From assembly GCA_963921275.4 (NCBI GenBank), contig OZ001293.3:1152001-1216000 (forward strand): a stretch of DNA of 64,000 bases, written 5' to 3'. The position numbers and the translations under genes were made by a program. Positions 42,668-54,180 of this stretch are shown piece by piece. The stretch comes from an uncultured Hormoscilla sp. Its GTDB lineage: Bacteria; Cyanobacteriota; Cyanobacteriia; Cyanobacteriales; Desertifilaceae. Position 1 is the stretch's first letter, and each line of letters begins with the position of its first letter. The notes under the pieces are model-generated. The model was given only the letters and a program-made list of their open reading frames with translations. It did not search any database and was not told the origin of the DNA.

Positions 42668-44989
42668 CTAACAATTATACTCCCCACAGGCCAGAGGTTG
42701 GGTTTCAGAGGTCAACCCAACCGACAATATAGGCGAATGCAGGAGGGGGCCCTGTGAAAAAAGCCGGAGGCACTGAGCGAAGATCAAGTCCCTGAGGTCG
42801 AGGAACATCTGGTTACCAGTCAAGTTGTCGCCAGAGATTAATATGTCATGCTGGTTACTATCCCAAGTATTCCCTGTCTGTGCTGGGATAGTCACGTTCC
42901 CATTGCCGATGTCTATCCCGCTTGAGGTAATGCTATTGCGATAGAACAATTCCTCGGGGCTAGTAATACTGGCGCTATGGGAGTCGATTTTGTCTATGCT
43001 ATCTTCAAAATCGGTAATGCCCCAGTTGGTTATATCATTTGACGGGCCAATCCTCCCTGGCCCAGGAGTGCCTGTAATGGGGTCTTCCACAGTGACGATA
43101 GTAGGATGAACAATCTTCTGGTTCTCCAGGTTTTCCTGATATATGACATTGCCATTCCCTTCTCCCACAAAAATATCTAGATCCCCGTCTCGATCAATAT
43201 CGACAAGGGTGGGGCTGCTAAAGGACTCTACATTTGCGACTCCAAAGGGGTTCGCTTCGGGTGTCCCGAAAGTGCGATCAAGAGCGGTACCCTGGTTTTC
43301 CTGATATATGACATTGCCATACGTTTCTCCCACAAAAATATCTAGATCCCCGTCTCGATCAATATCGACAAGGGTGGGGCTGCTATCGAGCCCTACATCT
43401 GTGAGTCCAAAGGGGTTCATTTGGGGTGTCCCGAAGGTGGGAGCAAGAGCGGTACCCTGGTTTTCCTGATATATGACATTGCCATCCGATTCTCCCACAA
43501 AAATATCTAGATCCCCGTCTCGATCAATATCGGCAAAGGTGGGGCTGCTAAAGTACCCTACATTTGCGACTCCAAAGGGGTTCGTTTGGGGTGCCCCGAA
43601 AGTGGGATTCTTAGCGGTACCCTGGTTTTCCTGATATATGACATCGCCATTATAGTTTCTCACAAAAAGATATAGATCCCTGTCTTGATCAATATCGGCA
43701 AAGGTGGGGTTGCTATCGTACCCTGCATCTGTGACTCCAAAGGGGTTCCTTTGGGGTGCCCCGAAAGTGGGATTCTTAGCGGTACCCTGGTTTTCCTGAT
43801 ATATGACATTGCCTAGATAGTTTCCCACAAAAATATCTAGATCCCCGTCTTGATCAATATCGACAAAGGTGGGGTTGCTATTGTACCCTGCATCTGTGAG
43901 TCCAAAGGGGTTCCTTTGGGGTGCCCCGAAAGTGGGATCCTTAGCAGTACCCTGGTTTTCCTGATATATGACATTGCCATTCAATTCTTCCACCACAAAA
44001 ATATCTAGATCCCCGTCTCCATCAATATCGACAAAGGTGGGGTTGCTATTGTACCCTACATCTGTGAGTCGAAAGAGGTTCCATTGGGGTGTCCCGAAGT
44101 CTTCCACACTCTTCTGGTTCTCCAGGTTTTCCTGATATATGACATTGCCATTCCTTTCTCCCACAAAAATATCTAGATCCCCGTCTTGATCAATATCGGC
44201 AAAAGTGGGGTTGCTATCGTACCCTACATCTGTGACTCCAAAGGGGTTCGTTTGGCGTGTCCCGAAGGTGAAATTCTTAGCAGTACCCTGGTTTTCCTGA
44301 TATATGACATTGCCATCCAATCTTCCCGCAAAAAGATCTAGATCCCCGTCTCGATCAATATCGACAAGGGTGGGGCTGCTAGAGTTCTCTAAACCTACAT
44401 TTGTGAGTCCAAAGGGGTTCGTTTGGGATTCCCCGAAGGCGGGATCAAGAGCAGTACCCAGGTTTTCTTGATATATGACATCGCCATACGTTTGTCCCAC
44501 AAAAAGATCTAGATCCCCGTCTTGATCAATATCGGCAAGGGTGGGGATGCTAGCGAGCCCTGCATCTGTGATTCCAAAGGGGTTCATTTGGAGTGTCCCG
44601 AAGGCGGGATAAAGAGCGGTACCCAGGTTTTCTTGATATATGACATTGCCCCTCCATTCTCCCACAAAAAAATCTAGATCCCCGTCTCCATCAATATCGG
44701 CAAAGGTAGGGGTGCTAGAGTACCCTCCATTTCCATAAGTATCGGCGGCAAAGATAGGGATGTTAACGAGCCCTCCACCTGTGAGTCCAAAGGGGTTTGT
44801 TTGGCGTGTCCCGAAGGCGGGATAAAGAGCGGTACCCTGGTTTTCCTGATATATGACATTGCCATTAATTACTCCCGCAAAAAGATCTAGATCCCCGTCT
44901 TAATCAATATCGACAAGGGTGGGGCTGCTAAGGTACCCTACATCTGTGAGTCCAAAGGGGTTCCTTTGGGGTGTTCCGAAGGTTAACAT
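42668..44989 (-). pseudogene. FG-GAP/VCBS repeat protein, copy 2 (about eleven repeats)
   Basis: ATG at 44989 with AAGGAG; TAA at 44900-44902; shift near 44670; long open frame 42668-44665. Confidence 0.8.
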
Positions 44990-45088
44990 TGTCTTTCTCC
45001 TTTTTCAATTCGATTTGGATTATTTGATTACGCTACGCGAATGCGCTGCTCGTCCCGTAAGGGATACGCCAATCTTCCCTGCTAACAA

Positions 45089-45398
45089 TTATACTCCCCA
45101 CAGGCCAGAGGTTGGGTTTCAGAGGTCAACCCAACCGACAATATAGGCGAATGCAGGAGGGGGCCCTGTGAAAAAAGCCGGAGGCACTAAGCGAAGATCA
45201 AGTCGCTGGGGTCGAGGAACATCTGGTTACCAGTCAAGTTGTCGCCATAGACTGATAGGAGTTGCCGGTGATTTCTCCAACGGTTCTCCGTCTGTCCGAC
45301 TACGGTCATGTTCCCATTTCGGCAAAGGTGGGGCTGCTAAAGTCCGCTACATCTGTGAGTCCAAAGAGGTTCCTTTGGGGTGATCCGAAGATTTGCAT
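45089..45398 (-). pseudogene. FG-GAP gene copy 3, collapsed remnant
   Basis: Same leader, half a repeat (MQIFGSPQRNLFGLTDV) and the same 3' tail as copies 1 and 2. Confidence 0.7.
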
Positions 45399-45520
45399 TA
45401 TCTTTCTCCTTTTTCAATTCGATTTGTATTATTTGATTACAGGTAGACCTTAATTTGAGTATGACGTATAGGCTACGATGTAATCTGTCAGCGCCGGTCC
45501 CTCCCCCCTCTCCTCCCTAC

Positions 45521-45858
45521 CATTCACCCTTTAACTATAGCACTAAAATCTGCTAACACGCAATGATTTCGCAGTAACCTCAGCAAATTCATGCGGTTGC
45601 GCCGAATTTCCGGTCTTATCCATCACTAAAACGCTGTCTTCGCCGTCAGGGGCAAGTTTAGCATTTCAATTATAGTCCGGGCTGAGTCTAGGGCGTTTCT
45701 GCCAGATATCTGAGATTTTACCGACTCGGACAAGGTTTTGCCGTAGCGATGCGCGATCGCCTGGTAGACTCGATCGTAAATCGGTTCCGTGTCTAGCAGC
45801 AGACCATCTAGATCGTAAATGACGTGAGTAATTTTTTTGAAGTCAGGCATGGGCAGAT
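45521..45858 (-). pseudogene. Fusion of the HAD 5' end to the glyS 3' end (deleted duplicate)
   Basis: 45645-45858 matches 40923-41137; 45521-45647 matches 37832-37963; joined at GTC. Confidence 0.85.
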
Positions 45859-45867
45859 GTCAGGTAA

Positions 45868-46328
45868 CTCAGGTTTGTGGTAATTCTAGGCTAAAACTCC
45901 AGCCATGTTGCTTGAAGCCCAAAGATTCGTAAAAGGCATGGGCCAGCATGGGCCCGATCGCGCTTCAGGTTAGAGGAGAGAGTTATTTTATAACATCCCG
46001 CCGCAGCACAAAGTTTGATTGCTACTTTCATCATCTCCGTACCTATCCCTTGACTCCGATAATGGGGGGAAATGGTCACAGCATCCAAGATAGCAAACTT
46101 ATGAAAACCTCTGTGCATCATCGTGGGCAGATACAACAGACTAAACGTACCTACAACCTCACCATCAAGAGAGGCAAGATAAACGTGATAGTCAGGCACA
46201 TTCGCCATTTCCGCCCAGATTTGGGACGCCTTCTCTTGGGGTATAGGAGGTTTTCCATCCATTTCCCCATAGAGGCGAATAAGAGTCTGCAAATCGGCAC
46301 GGGTAGCAAGGCATATATCGAGTTTCAT
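45868..46328 (-). pseudogene. GNAT acetyltransferase, frameshifted by a 10-nt tandem duplication
   Basis: YRSQGIG motif. Duplicated GGCCCATGC near 45935-45955 moves AHAFYESLGF out of frame. Confidence 0.75.
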
Positions 46329-46990
46329 GTTGCAGTATTGGGGCGAAACAATAAGCTCAACTCGAAATCATCTGAGAACTTCAGTTTTTCTTCGAGCATA
46401 TAGCCGAAATGTTCGTACATGAGTATATTCTGTTGGGTATCGGTTTCCACCCACACTCCCGTTGAGGTGGGGTGGGACTCAGATAAGGCGTGAATGCGAT
46501 CGAGCAATTGGCGGCCATAGCCCCGGCCCTGAAAATTCGGGTGAACGGCGATCATCACCAGGTGGTAATAGGGTGCGGTAGGGTAATGTGGTTCTATAGC
46601 TATCATCAATCTTAGCAGCCGCCAGACAGCAGGCAATCCTGCTCCCAGAGTTAGCCGCACTAGCAGTCGCAGTGCGCCCCAAGGATCCGCTTTGACTGCG
46701 GGCTCGTAGATGGCGGCCAGGCCAATAACTCGATCCTCCAGCATGACTGTCAACAGCGGCTGTTCGGTAGCAACGAGCATATCCAATAACAGCCGGAAGT
46801 ACAGGTGGGTGACTTGCCGTTTGCGATCAGGTAGCGTGCGCGCAGCGCGATCGCCCGCTACCCAAAAGAGGTAGTCGATCAGAGGCTGGGCAGTGAAAGT
46901 GTCAGCCAGCAGTTGAGTTACTTCATCATGTCTGGAGGCAGGAAGATCCATAACTCTAGCGGCATGGTTGGATCTGTCTGAAGCGGTCAT
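46325..46990 (-). CDS. GNAT acetyltransferase
   Basis: IAVHPNFQGRGYG, NILMYEHFGY; small in-frame repeat at a HIP1 site (46823-46854). Confidence 0.8.
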   Translation of the reverse strand: MTASDRSNHAARVMDLPASRHDEVTQLLADTFTAQPLIDYLFWVAGDRAARTLPDRKRQVTHLYFRLLLDMLVATEQPLLTVMLEDRVIGLAAIYEPAVKADPWGALRLLVRLTLGAGLPAVWRLLRLMIAIEPHYPTAPYYHLVMIAVHPNFQGRGYGRQLLDRIHALSESHPTSTGVWVETDTQQNILMYEHFGYMLEEKLKFSDDFELSLLFRPNTAT

Positions 46991-47082
46991 GGGATCTCTA
47001 GATGACTCAAGGGATGTGAATTGACAAGGCAGATTTTGATATGATATAGCAATACAATACTTCACCCATAAGGAGGCTTGTA

Positions 47083-48402
47083 GTGGTAAGGATTCTCCGA
47101 CTCGACCAGATGACATCAGCTGAACTCTCTTCGTTGAAAAGGCGAGCGGAGTTGGATATCGAAAAGGCACTTACGGTTGCCAAAGAGGTGATTGACAAGA
47201 TTCGCCAACAGTCCGATGCGGGAGTATTGGAATATGTCCGCAAGTTTGACTTTCCCGAGGCCCAACTGGATAACCTCAAGGTGAGCGATCGGGAGTTTGC
47301 TGCTGCCCGCGAGGCCATAGATCCGGAAATTAAATCGGCGATCGAACAAGCATTTGCCAATATCTGGGAAGTTCACCAGGGCCAGATGCCGGAGGAAATG
47401 CGACTGGCAGAAGTTGATACGGGAGTATTTGCGGGAGAAAAGGTGACCCCTGTAGTAAGTGCGGGACTGTACGTTCCCAGAGGTAAGGGCGCTTTCCCTT
47501 CGGTGATGCTGATGCTGACTGTCCCGGCGATGGTGGCCGAGGTCCAAAAGGTTATCGTCTGTACGCCTCCCGATAAACGGGGCAATGTCGAACCTGCTTC
47601 CCTTGTAGCTGCCGAGATGGCAGGTGTCAAGGATATCTATAAGCTGGGGGGAATACAGGCGATCGCGGCCATGGCGTTAGGTACGGAAACTATCCCTAAA
47701 GTTGACAAGATCACGGGTCCGTGCAATATCTACGGTTCGGCAGCTAAGCGACTATTATACGGCACGGTGGACGTGGGACTGCCCGCTGGACCCAGCGAGT
47801 CGATTATTTTGACAGACGAACATACCGATCCGCAGTTAGCGGCACTGGATCTGTTAATAGAAGCGGAACATGGTCCGGACTCCGCCGCCCTGTTAGTAAC
47901 TCACTCGGAAGCAGTTGCCCATCTAGCAGCAGAGTACGTACCTAATTATCTCAAAAAGCTGCCCGACTGGCGCCGGGAATTCTGTGAAGCTTCTCTTTCA
48001 TCCTATGGCGGCATCTTGCTGACTTCTAGCTTAGCAGAGTCGATCGCCTTTGTCAACGACTATGCCCCGGAACATCTGGAAGTACTAGTCAAGGATCCTT
48101 TGAGTATTATCGGACAAATTAAGAATGCGGGTGAGATTTTGCTCGGTCCCTACACCCCCATTCCTACAGCTAACTACTGTCTGGGTGTCAATGCTATTCT
48201 CCCAACTGGAGGTTTTGCCCGATCATACTCTGCTGTTTCTGTCTGGGACTTTCTCAAGCGATCGGGCATCGGCTATCTGACCAAAGAAGGGTTCGATCGC
48301 TTGCAGCATACAACTCAAACTTTAGCAGATTATGAGGGATTTCCTGCCCACGCCATGGCCATTCGCGAACGGGAACATCTGTTAAAAACAAACCAGGATT
48401 AA
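47083..48402 (+). CDS. hisD: Histidinol dehydrogenase
   Basis: GLYVPRG, GGIQAIAA, PAGPSE, EAEH, APEHL, NAILPTGG. Confidence 0.9.
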   Translation: MVRILRLDQMTSAELSSLKRRAELDIEKALTVAKEVIDKIRQQSDAGVLEYVRKFDFPEAQLDNLKVSDREFAAAREAIDPEIKSAIEQAFANIWEVHQGQMPEEMRLAEVDTGVFAGEKVTPVVSAGLYVPRGKGAFPSVMLMLTVPAMVAEVQKVIVCTPPDKRGNVEPASLVAAEMAGVKDIYKLGGIQAIAAMALGTETIPKVDKITGPCNIYGSAAKRLLYGTVDVGLPAGPSESIILTDEHTDPQLAALDLLIEAEHGPDSAALLVTHSEAVAHLAAEYVPNYLKKLPDWRREFCEASLSSYGGILLTSSLAESIAFVNDYAPEHLEVLVKDPLSIIGQIKNAGEILLGPYTPIPTANYCLGVNAILPTGGFARSYSAVSVWDFLKRSGIGYLTKEGFDRLQHTTQTLADYEGFPAHAMAIREREHLLKTNQD

Positions 48403-48792
48403 ATTATTGGGTGGGCCCTGCCCACCTGCCTTCTCATCCCAAATACAAATTACCGAGTCAAGCCAAGAGTCATAGCAGTTACAGCAGTTTTCATATCATC
48501 TTCTCTCTGATAATCAATCCTGAGTCGAGGTTAGTTCTAATTTTATATCTTACACCTCCTGGAGCAGCTCGGGCTTGCTATAATTTCAAATAACTCAATA
48601 TCTACGCTGTAATTATATTTATTGACTCCCTTGCAGATATAATGAGTAACAGTGTGAAATATAAAATATAGTTCGCAGTAGCGCTGCGTACTCTTCGTAT
48701 ACACAGTTAGGGCAGTTCTAGGATACTTTTACTTCAACCGGCACCTACTAGCTAGTTGCTAATCTGTGTCCCACTGTTGGAGTTGGAAACTT

Positions 48793-49110
48793 CTCTGCTG
48801 GGGTTTAAGACCTCTCTGCTGAGGTTTAAGACCTCTCTGTTGAGGTTTAAAACCTCTCTGTTAAGGTTTTAAACCTCTCTGTTGGGGTTTAAAACCTCTC
48901 TGTTGAGGTTTTAAACCTCTCTGTTTCTCTTAAGGTTTTAAACCTCTCTGTTGGGGTTTAAAACCTCTCTGTTGGGGTTTAGACCTCTCTGTTGGGGTTT
49001 AAAACCTCTCTGCTGGAGTTTAAGACCTCTCTGTTGGGGTTTAAGACCTCTCTGTTGGGGTTTAAAACCTCTCTGTTGGGGTTTAAAACCTCTCTGCTGG
49101 GGTTTAAAAC
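48793..49110. repeat. Tandem 21-22 nt repeat (CTCTCTGTTGGGGTTTAAAAC), about 14 units
   Basis: Read directly; no spacers between units. Confidence 0.9.
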
Positions 49111-49224
49111 GGGTCTTGTACCTCGTTGACAACGATTCACTGTTCCCTGTGAGCCGTTTTTGTAATAAAGCCCGCGCAGGCGGGCTTTGTTCGTGTAGCC
49201 GGACCCTTTAGGGTTCGGGCCGGG

Positions 49225-49373
49225 GGGTGTGGTCAAAACCCGTCGATCTAACATGGGTCCTCCCAGTCGTCGGATCCCCCAAAACCCCCCTTTTTAAGGG
49301 GGGCTTCCATAGCCCCCCCTTTTGGAAGGGGGGTTTGGGGAGATCCCTATGCAACAAATGCATGACCACACCC
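49225..49373. mobile_element. MITE with GGGTGTGGTCA terminal inverted repeats, second copy
   Basis: 9-bp TSD CGGGCCGGG; opposite orientation to 23846-23970. Confidence 0.78.
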
Positions 49374-49447
49374 CGGGCCGGGCGGCGACTCTGGTACAAT
49401 GGATGAGGAAATGCACCGAAAGCAGTGAGACTTAGGGAGGTAGAAAG

Positions 49448-49650
49448 TTGACCGGTCTAGATCCATTGAGCAATCCATTTTTCTGGAAAAAAGGCTTTGA
49501 CGACATTACCGAGGTCTGGGGTAATATTAGCCAATTATTCAAAAATAAGCAGCAAGCTAGGAAGGCATCCAAACAATACGCAAGCAAATATCTGGACAAG
49601 TATGGCACGATTAAGCTGCTGGGAATGTCCGACCCTATACCACTGTCGGT
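49448..49650 (+). pseudogene. N-terminal fragment resembling cyanobacterial NACHT-protein leaders
   Basis: ASKQYASKYLDKYGTIKLLGMSDPIPL, then runs into hairpin repeats. Confidence 0.4.
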
Positions 49651-49715
49651 TTTAACCGACATAAAGCCGAGTTCCCTGGCTCCGCTTGGGAACTCGGGGG
49701 GGGTTTGAACCCTCG

Positions 49716-49838
49716 CTATCTCGTGGGTAGTGCGAGTACGATGCTTCCCGGGTAGTGCGGTTACGATGTTTCCTGGGTAGTGCGATTAGCGCGGGAAACA
49801 TCGAGCGACTGGGGAACATCGGGCGACCACGAGATAAA
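49716..49838. repeat. Three nested small hairpin elements
   Basis: TATCTCGTGG/CCACGAGATA, CGATGCTTCCC/GGGGAACATCG and CGATGTTTCC/GGAAACATCG; each left arm is followed by GGGTAGTGCG. Confidence 0.75.
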
Positions 49839-49941
49839 GTTCGGGTGAGGATGAGTGATTGATGATAAGATTAAACTGCCTCTAATAAGAAGATCCAATG
49901 AGAATAAGGACAGTTTCCGCTGAATCAAGAGAAAATCACCC

Positions 49942-51387
49942 ATGACAACATCGACTCGCCTGCGGTATCTGGAGCGTACTCTTGTCCTTCAGGACATGCG
50001 CTGCGCGCCCAGCGTAGCGCCATCGGCACGCTCCAGACACCGCTATCACATCACCACATTCGGCTGCCAGATGAACAAGGCCGACTCGGAGCGCATGGCA
50101 GGTATACTGGAAAATATGGGCTTTGAGTGGTCAGAAGATCCCAACCAGGCGGAGTTAATCCTCTACAACACCTGTACGATTCGGGATAACGCGGAACAAA
50201 AGGTTTATTCTTACCTAGGCAGACAGGCGAAGCGCAAGCAAGAACAGCCCGGTCTCACCCTAGTAGTTGCCGGTTGTGTGGCCCAGCAAGCAGGAGAAGC
50301 ACTGTTGCGGCGAGTGCCAGAATTAGACTTAGTGATGGGACCGCAACATGCCAACCGCCTGGACTCGTTGCTAGAACAGGTATTTGATGGGAATCAGGTA
50401 GTGGCCACAGAACCCATTCACATCATGGAAGATATCACTAAGCCGCGTCGGGACAGCAGAGTGACAGCTTGGGTGAATGTAATTTATGGCTGCAACGAAC
50501 GCTGTACTTATTGTGTCGTACCCAATGTCCGAGGTGTAGAACAATCCCGCAGGCCAGAAGCAATTCGCGCGGAAATGACAGAAATAGGGCGCAGTGGCTA
50601 TAAAGAAGTGACCCTGCTGGGGCAAAATATCGATGCTTACGGACGGGACTTACCAGGCGTGACGGCAGAGGGGCGTCACAAGCATACCTTTACAGACTTG
50701 CTGTACTTCGTGCATGACGTGCCCAGAATCGATCGCATCCGTTTTGCCACCAGCCATCCTCGCTATTTTACCGAAAGATTGATTAAAGCTTGTGCGGAAT
50801 TGCCCAAAGTATGCGAACATTTCCACATACCCTTTCAGTCGGGGGATAACGATATCCTCAAGGCCATGGCCCGGGGTTATACCCATGAGAAATATCGGCG
50901 GATTATCGATAAAATTCGGGCCCTGATGCCAGATGCGGCAATTACGGCGGATGCGATTGCGGGATTTCCCGGGGAGACAGAAGCGCAGTTTGAAAATACC
51001 TTAAAATTGGTGGACGATATTGGGTTCGACCAGTTGAATACAGCGGCCTATTCGCCGCGTCCGGGAACCCCCGCCGCCTTATGGCAAAATCAAGTCAGCG
51101 AGGAAGTAAAGGGCGATCGACTGCAACGTCTGAATCATCTAGTGGCGAGGAAAGCAGCAGAACGTTCGCAACGGTATATGGGAAGGATAGAAGAGGTGCT
51201 GGTGGAAGATAAAAATCCCAAAAATGACCGTCAAGTAATGGGAAGGACGAGATCGAATCGCCTAACTTTCTGCGATTTCTCGGACCGTCCGCGGGCCGTG
51301 GGCGACCTGGAGGAATTAAAGGGTCAGTTGGTTAGGGTGAAAATTACGGATGTGCGGGCATTTAGCCTAACGGGCGATCTGGTTTAG
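49942..51387 (+). CDS. miaB: tRNA methylthiotransferase MiaB
   Basis: [30 protein letters not shown] and TRAM domain; in-frame repeat insertions near both termini. Confidence 0.95.
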   Translation: MTTSTRLRYLERTLVLQDMRCAPSVAPSARSRHRYHITTFGCQMNKADSERMAGILENMGFEWSEDPNQAELILYNTCTIRDNAEQKVYSYLGRQAKRKQEQPGLTLVVAGCVAQQAGEALLRRVPELDLVMGPQHANRLDSLLEQVFDGNQVVATEPIHIMEDITKPRRDSRVTAWVNVIYGCNERCTYCVVPNVRGVEQSRRPEAIRAEMTEIGRSGYKEVTLLGQNIDAYGRDLPGVTAEGRHKHTFTDLLYFVHDVPRIDRIRFATSHPRYFTERLIKACAELPKVCEHFHIPFQSGDNDILKAMARGYTHEKYRRIIDKIRALMPDAAITADAIAGFPGETEAQFENTLKLVDDIGFDQLNTAAYSPRPGTPAALWQNQVSEEVKGDRLQRLNHLVARKAAERSQRYMGRIEEVLVEDKNPKNDRQVMGRTRSNRLTFCDFSDRPRAVGDLEELKGQLVRVKITDVRAFSLTGDLV

Positions 51388-51773
51388 CAGTTCGTAGGTT
51401 GGGTTGAGGCACGAAACACAACCGATGCATCTTAGCGTTTGCAGGTTCGTAGTAGTTAAGCAAATGTTAGGGAATCAGGGGGCGAATGCGCTGCGCGTCC
51501 CGTAAGGGATACGGGTTAACATTGTCAATCAAGAAACCAGGTTTCTTGATTGACAATTGAGATGCATCCTAGAGATCGCCCAAGACAGGAAATGATTAGC
51601 GATCGATCTAATCAGAGGCAAAGTTAGCTGCCAATCTTGTTTCGTTCGCATCTGACCATTGTTGATTATTGATTCAATAAGCAAGGAGACAAAATCATTA
51701 GAAAAGTTGAAGTGAGGGTGCAGTCGAGAAAAAACGCGATATAATGGAGATAGTAGGAAAAAGAGGAGGAGTG

Positions 51774-52838
51774 ATGGAGAAACGGCGAGTAGGACTGCTG
51801 TTTGGCGGTTGTTCGGGAGAACATGAAGTCTCAATAGCCTCAGCAAGGGCGATCGCCAGTGCGCTGTCAGAGTCCGAAAACACCAGCAAGTACGAACTAT
51901 GGCCAGTATACATCCAAAAGGATGGCATCTGGCAAGCAGTCCAAAGGGCCCGGCAGGTGCTAGAATCGGGTAAACCACAAGAGATGAGTTCTGGCAGATC
52001 CCTGTGGGAATTTCCTCCGGGTATGGAAAAAATAGATGTCTGGTTTCCCATCCTCCACGGTCCCAATGGGGAAGATGGCACGGTGCAAGGCTTGCTGAAA
52101 TTAATGCAAGTTGCCTGTGTGGGGACGGGGGTGCTGGGTTCGGCCCTGGGTATGGATAAGATTGCGATGAAAATGATATTTGCCCGAACAGGCTTGCCCC
52201 AGGTAAAGTATAGATCGGTTAATCGCGCCGATATATGGTCCAATCCTTGCGTGTTCCCGAAACTATGCGATCGCCTGGAAGATGCTTTGGGCTATCCCTG
52301 CTTTGTCAAACCAGCGAATTTAGGGTCATCGGTGGGCATTAGTAAGGTGCGATCGCGGGCTGAGTTAGAAGCGGCCCTGGATAATGCCGCTACCTATGAC
52401 AGACGTATAGTAGTAGAAGCAGCGGCGAACTACGGGCGGGAACTGGAATGTGCTGTTTTAGGCAACGATCGACCCAAAGCTTCTGTAGTAGGGGAGATTA
52501 CTTATAAAAGTGATTTCTATGACTATGAAACAAAATACATAGCGGGGAAAGCAGATTTAACCATACCAGCGCCGGTCCCAGCTGAAGTTGCTGCTAAGAT
52601 CCAGGAAATGGCCCTGCAAGCATTTGCGGCTATAGACGCAGCGGGTCTAGCAAGGGTAGACTTTTTCTATGTGGAAGCCACAGGGGCAGTCTTAATTAAT
52701 GAAATCAACACCCTGCCAGGGTTTACGGCCACCAGCATGTATCCTCAATTATGGGCGCAAACAGGCGTGTCTTTCCCTCAATTGGTAGACCAGTTGATTC
52801 AATTGGCCCTGGAACGACATTCCGGAAAAAGCCAGTAA
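51774..52838 (+). CDS. ddl: D-alanine--D-alanine ligase
   Basis: [40 protein letters not shown]. Confidence 0.95.
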   Translation: MEKRRVGLLFGGCSGEHEVSIASARAIASALSESENTSKYELWPVYIQKDGIWQAVQRARQVLESGKPQEMSSGRSLWEFPPGMEKIDVWFPILHGPNGEDGTVQGLLKLMQVACVGTGVLGSALGMDKIAMKMIFARTGLPQVKYRSVNRADIWSNPCVFPKLCDRLEDALGYPCFVKPANLGSSVGISKVRSRAELEAALDNAATYDRRIVVEAAANYGRELECAVLGNDRPKASVVGEITYKSDFYDYETKYIAGKADLTIPAPVPAEVAAKIQEMALQAFAAIDAAGLARVDFFYVEATGAVLINEINTLPGFTATSMYPQLWAQTGVSFPQLVDQLIQLALERHSGKSQ

Positions 52839-53112
52839 TTATACTTTGAAAAGGATGGCGCTGCGCGTCCCGTAAGGGATACGACGAGCGCAAAATGGTG
52901 AAGTTGGTGTCATTGCTCGGGAGGCTTTTAAAGCAGTAACTGTGATATGTTTTACTGTCAGAGGGGTGTTACTCATATGCTAAAAAGGATCTCGAAATTT
53001 AGCTCCCCCCTTGCTCCGGACAGATTGGCTGCATTCTGAAGTGCAGTTCCTGACAGTTCGCAGTATATAGTGATTAGTTCTTGGTCCATAGGCTAGGACA
53101 AAAGGAGAATGT

Positions 53113-54000
53113 TTGATGAACAAAATGCTAGATAAAAGACTAGAACAGCGCCCGCTCCTAATGCTATTTAAGCAGATCGGGACTAGCCCCCTATTTATTT
53201 GGGGCGGACTGTTGACATTAATATTATCAGTTGCTAACATGGCTATCCAGGAACTGACGAGTCCAGGGCCCAGAGAACTAGCAGAAATTGCCGCTTCCCC
53301 AGTCCAGTCTGAGGCAGCAGAGATTTCTCCCCAGACAGATGAGGCCCTGCCCCTATGGTTATTTGGCGCGATCGCGATTGGTTGTGCCAGTGGTTCCTGG
53401 TTAATTTCCCAACAAATTAACCTTCGGCCAATGCTTGCCAATTGTATGGGTGCTATGGGCACGCGGCCTTTTCTGGGACAGGTGCGCCGACCCCTTCGTC
53501 TAACTAGGTCTCGAGCAACATTGGCCCAGCGGGAGGCGACAGAGTCAGGCAGAATTTTGTCCAAAATGGAGCGATCACGCCCGGCGGAAGTCACCAGGGT
53601 TCCGCAACAGACAAGAAGGTCTCAGGCACCACTCACCTGGTGTACCCGGGGAGCGCTACTCGCACTACCCCGGGCACACCGCCCAGAGGTCTCGCGGGCC
53701 ACAATTAGACGGCGATGTCTCCTGGGTAGTACGAATAGTGCTCCCAGGAGACATCGAAGCTCATATATGACGGGCCAATTACAGCAAGCACTTAGAACTC
53801 ACGGGCCACAAAAAGAAGAGGTGCAGATGCCCTCGACATGGCCGCCAAAGCAAAGGCGAAACGTTGTGGTGCCAGATCTTGAGAATTTGAAAAGCGATCG
53901 GACCTTTGGTGGCGATGGGAAACGAGGTGAAAAAAATATGGCCGAGATGATGGATATTCGCAAAAGGCAGTCGCTCGCTTCTGTGGTCCGAAATATATAA
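53113..54000 (+). CDS. Hypothetical membrane protein with two hairpin insertions
   Basis: 295 aa ORF, two hydrophobic segments, C-terminal LAEMMDIRKRQ-like motif. Confidence 0.6.
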   Translation: MMNKMLDKRLEQRPLLMLFKQIGTSPLFIWGGLLTLILSVANMAIQELTSPGPRELAEIAASPVQSEAAEISPQTDEALPLWLFGAIAIGCASGSWLISQQINLRPMLANCMGAMGTRPFLGQVRRPLRLTRSRATLAQREATESGRILSKMERSRPAEVTRVPQQTRRSQAPLTWCTRGALLALPRAHRPEVSRATIRRRCLLGSTNSAPRRHRSSYMTGQLQQALRTHGPQKEEVQMPSTWPPKQRRNVVVPDLENLKSDRTFGGDGKRGEKNMAEMMDIRKRQSLASVVRNI

Positions 54001-54180
54001 TTGTTGAAAAGTGCAAAATCTTATTGGATGATTGAATCAGAGATCCTCAGACTGGCAGGTAAGCAGGTAAACTAGCGACGCGAAATTATATGTCAATTTT
54101 ATGAAAAAACACGAAATACTTACATACCAATATCGCCCTATCGATTGCTGGTGGGCGATGCCCACCCTACCGGTTCCCAC

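Noticed and set aside
41475..44989. DGR diversification of the FG-GAP loops
   Set aside because: No invariant template repeat or DGR RT is visible, and loop lengths vary.
48793..49110. Possible CRISPR array
   Set aside because: Units are contiguous with no unique spacers and no cas genes are nearby; the same applies to 58636-59062.
48938..49254. Repetitive ORFs (FKPQQRG)n and (LNPNREV)n, and 58681-59094
   Set aside because: These are translations of tandem DNA repeats with no other coding evidence.
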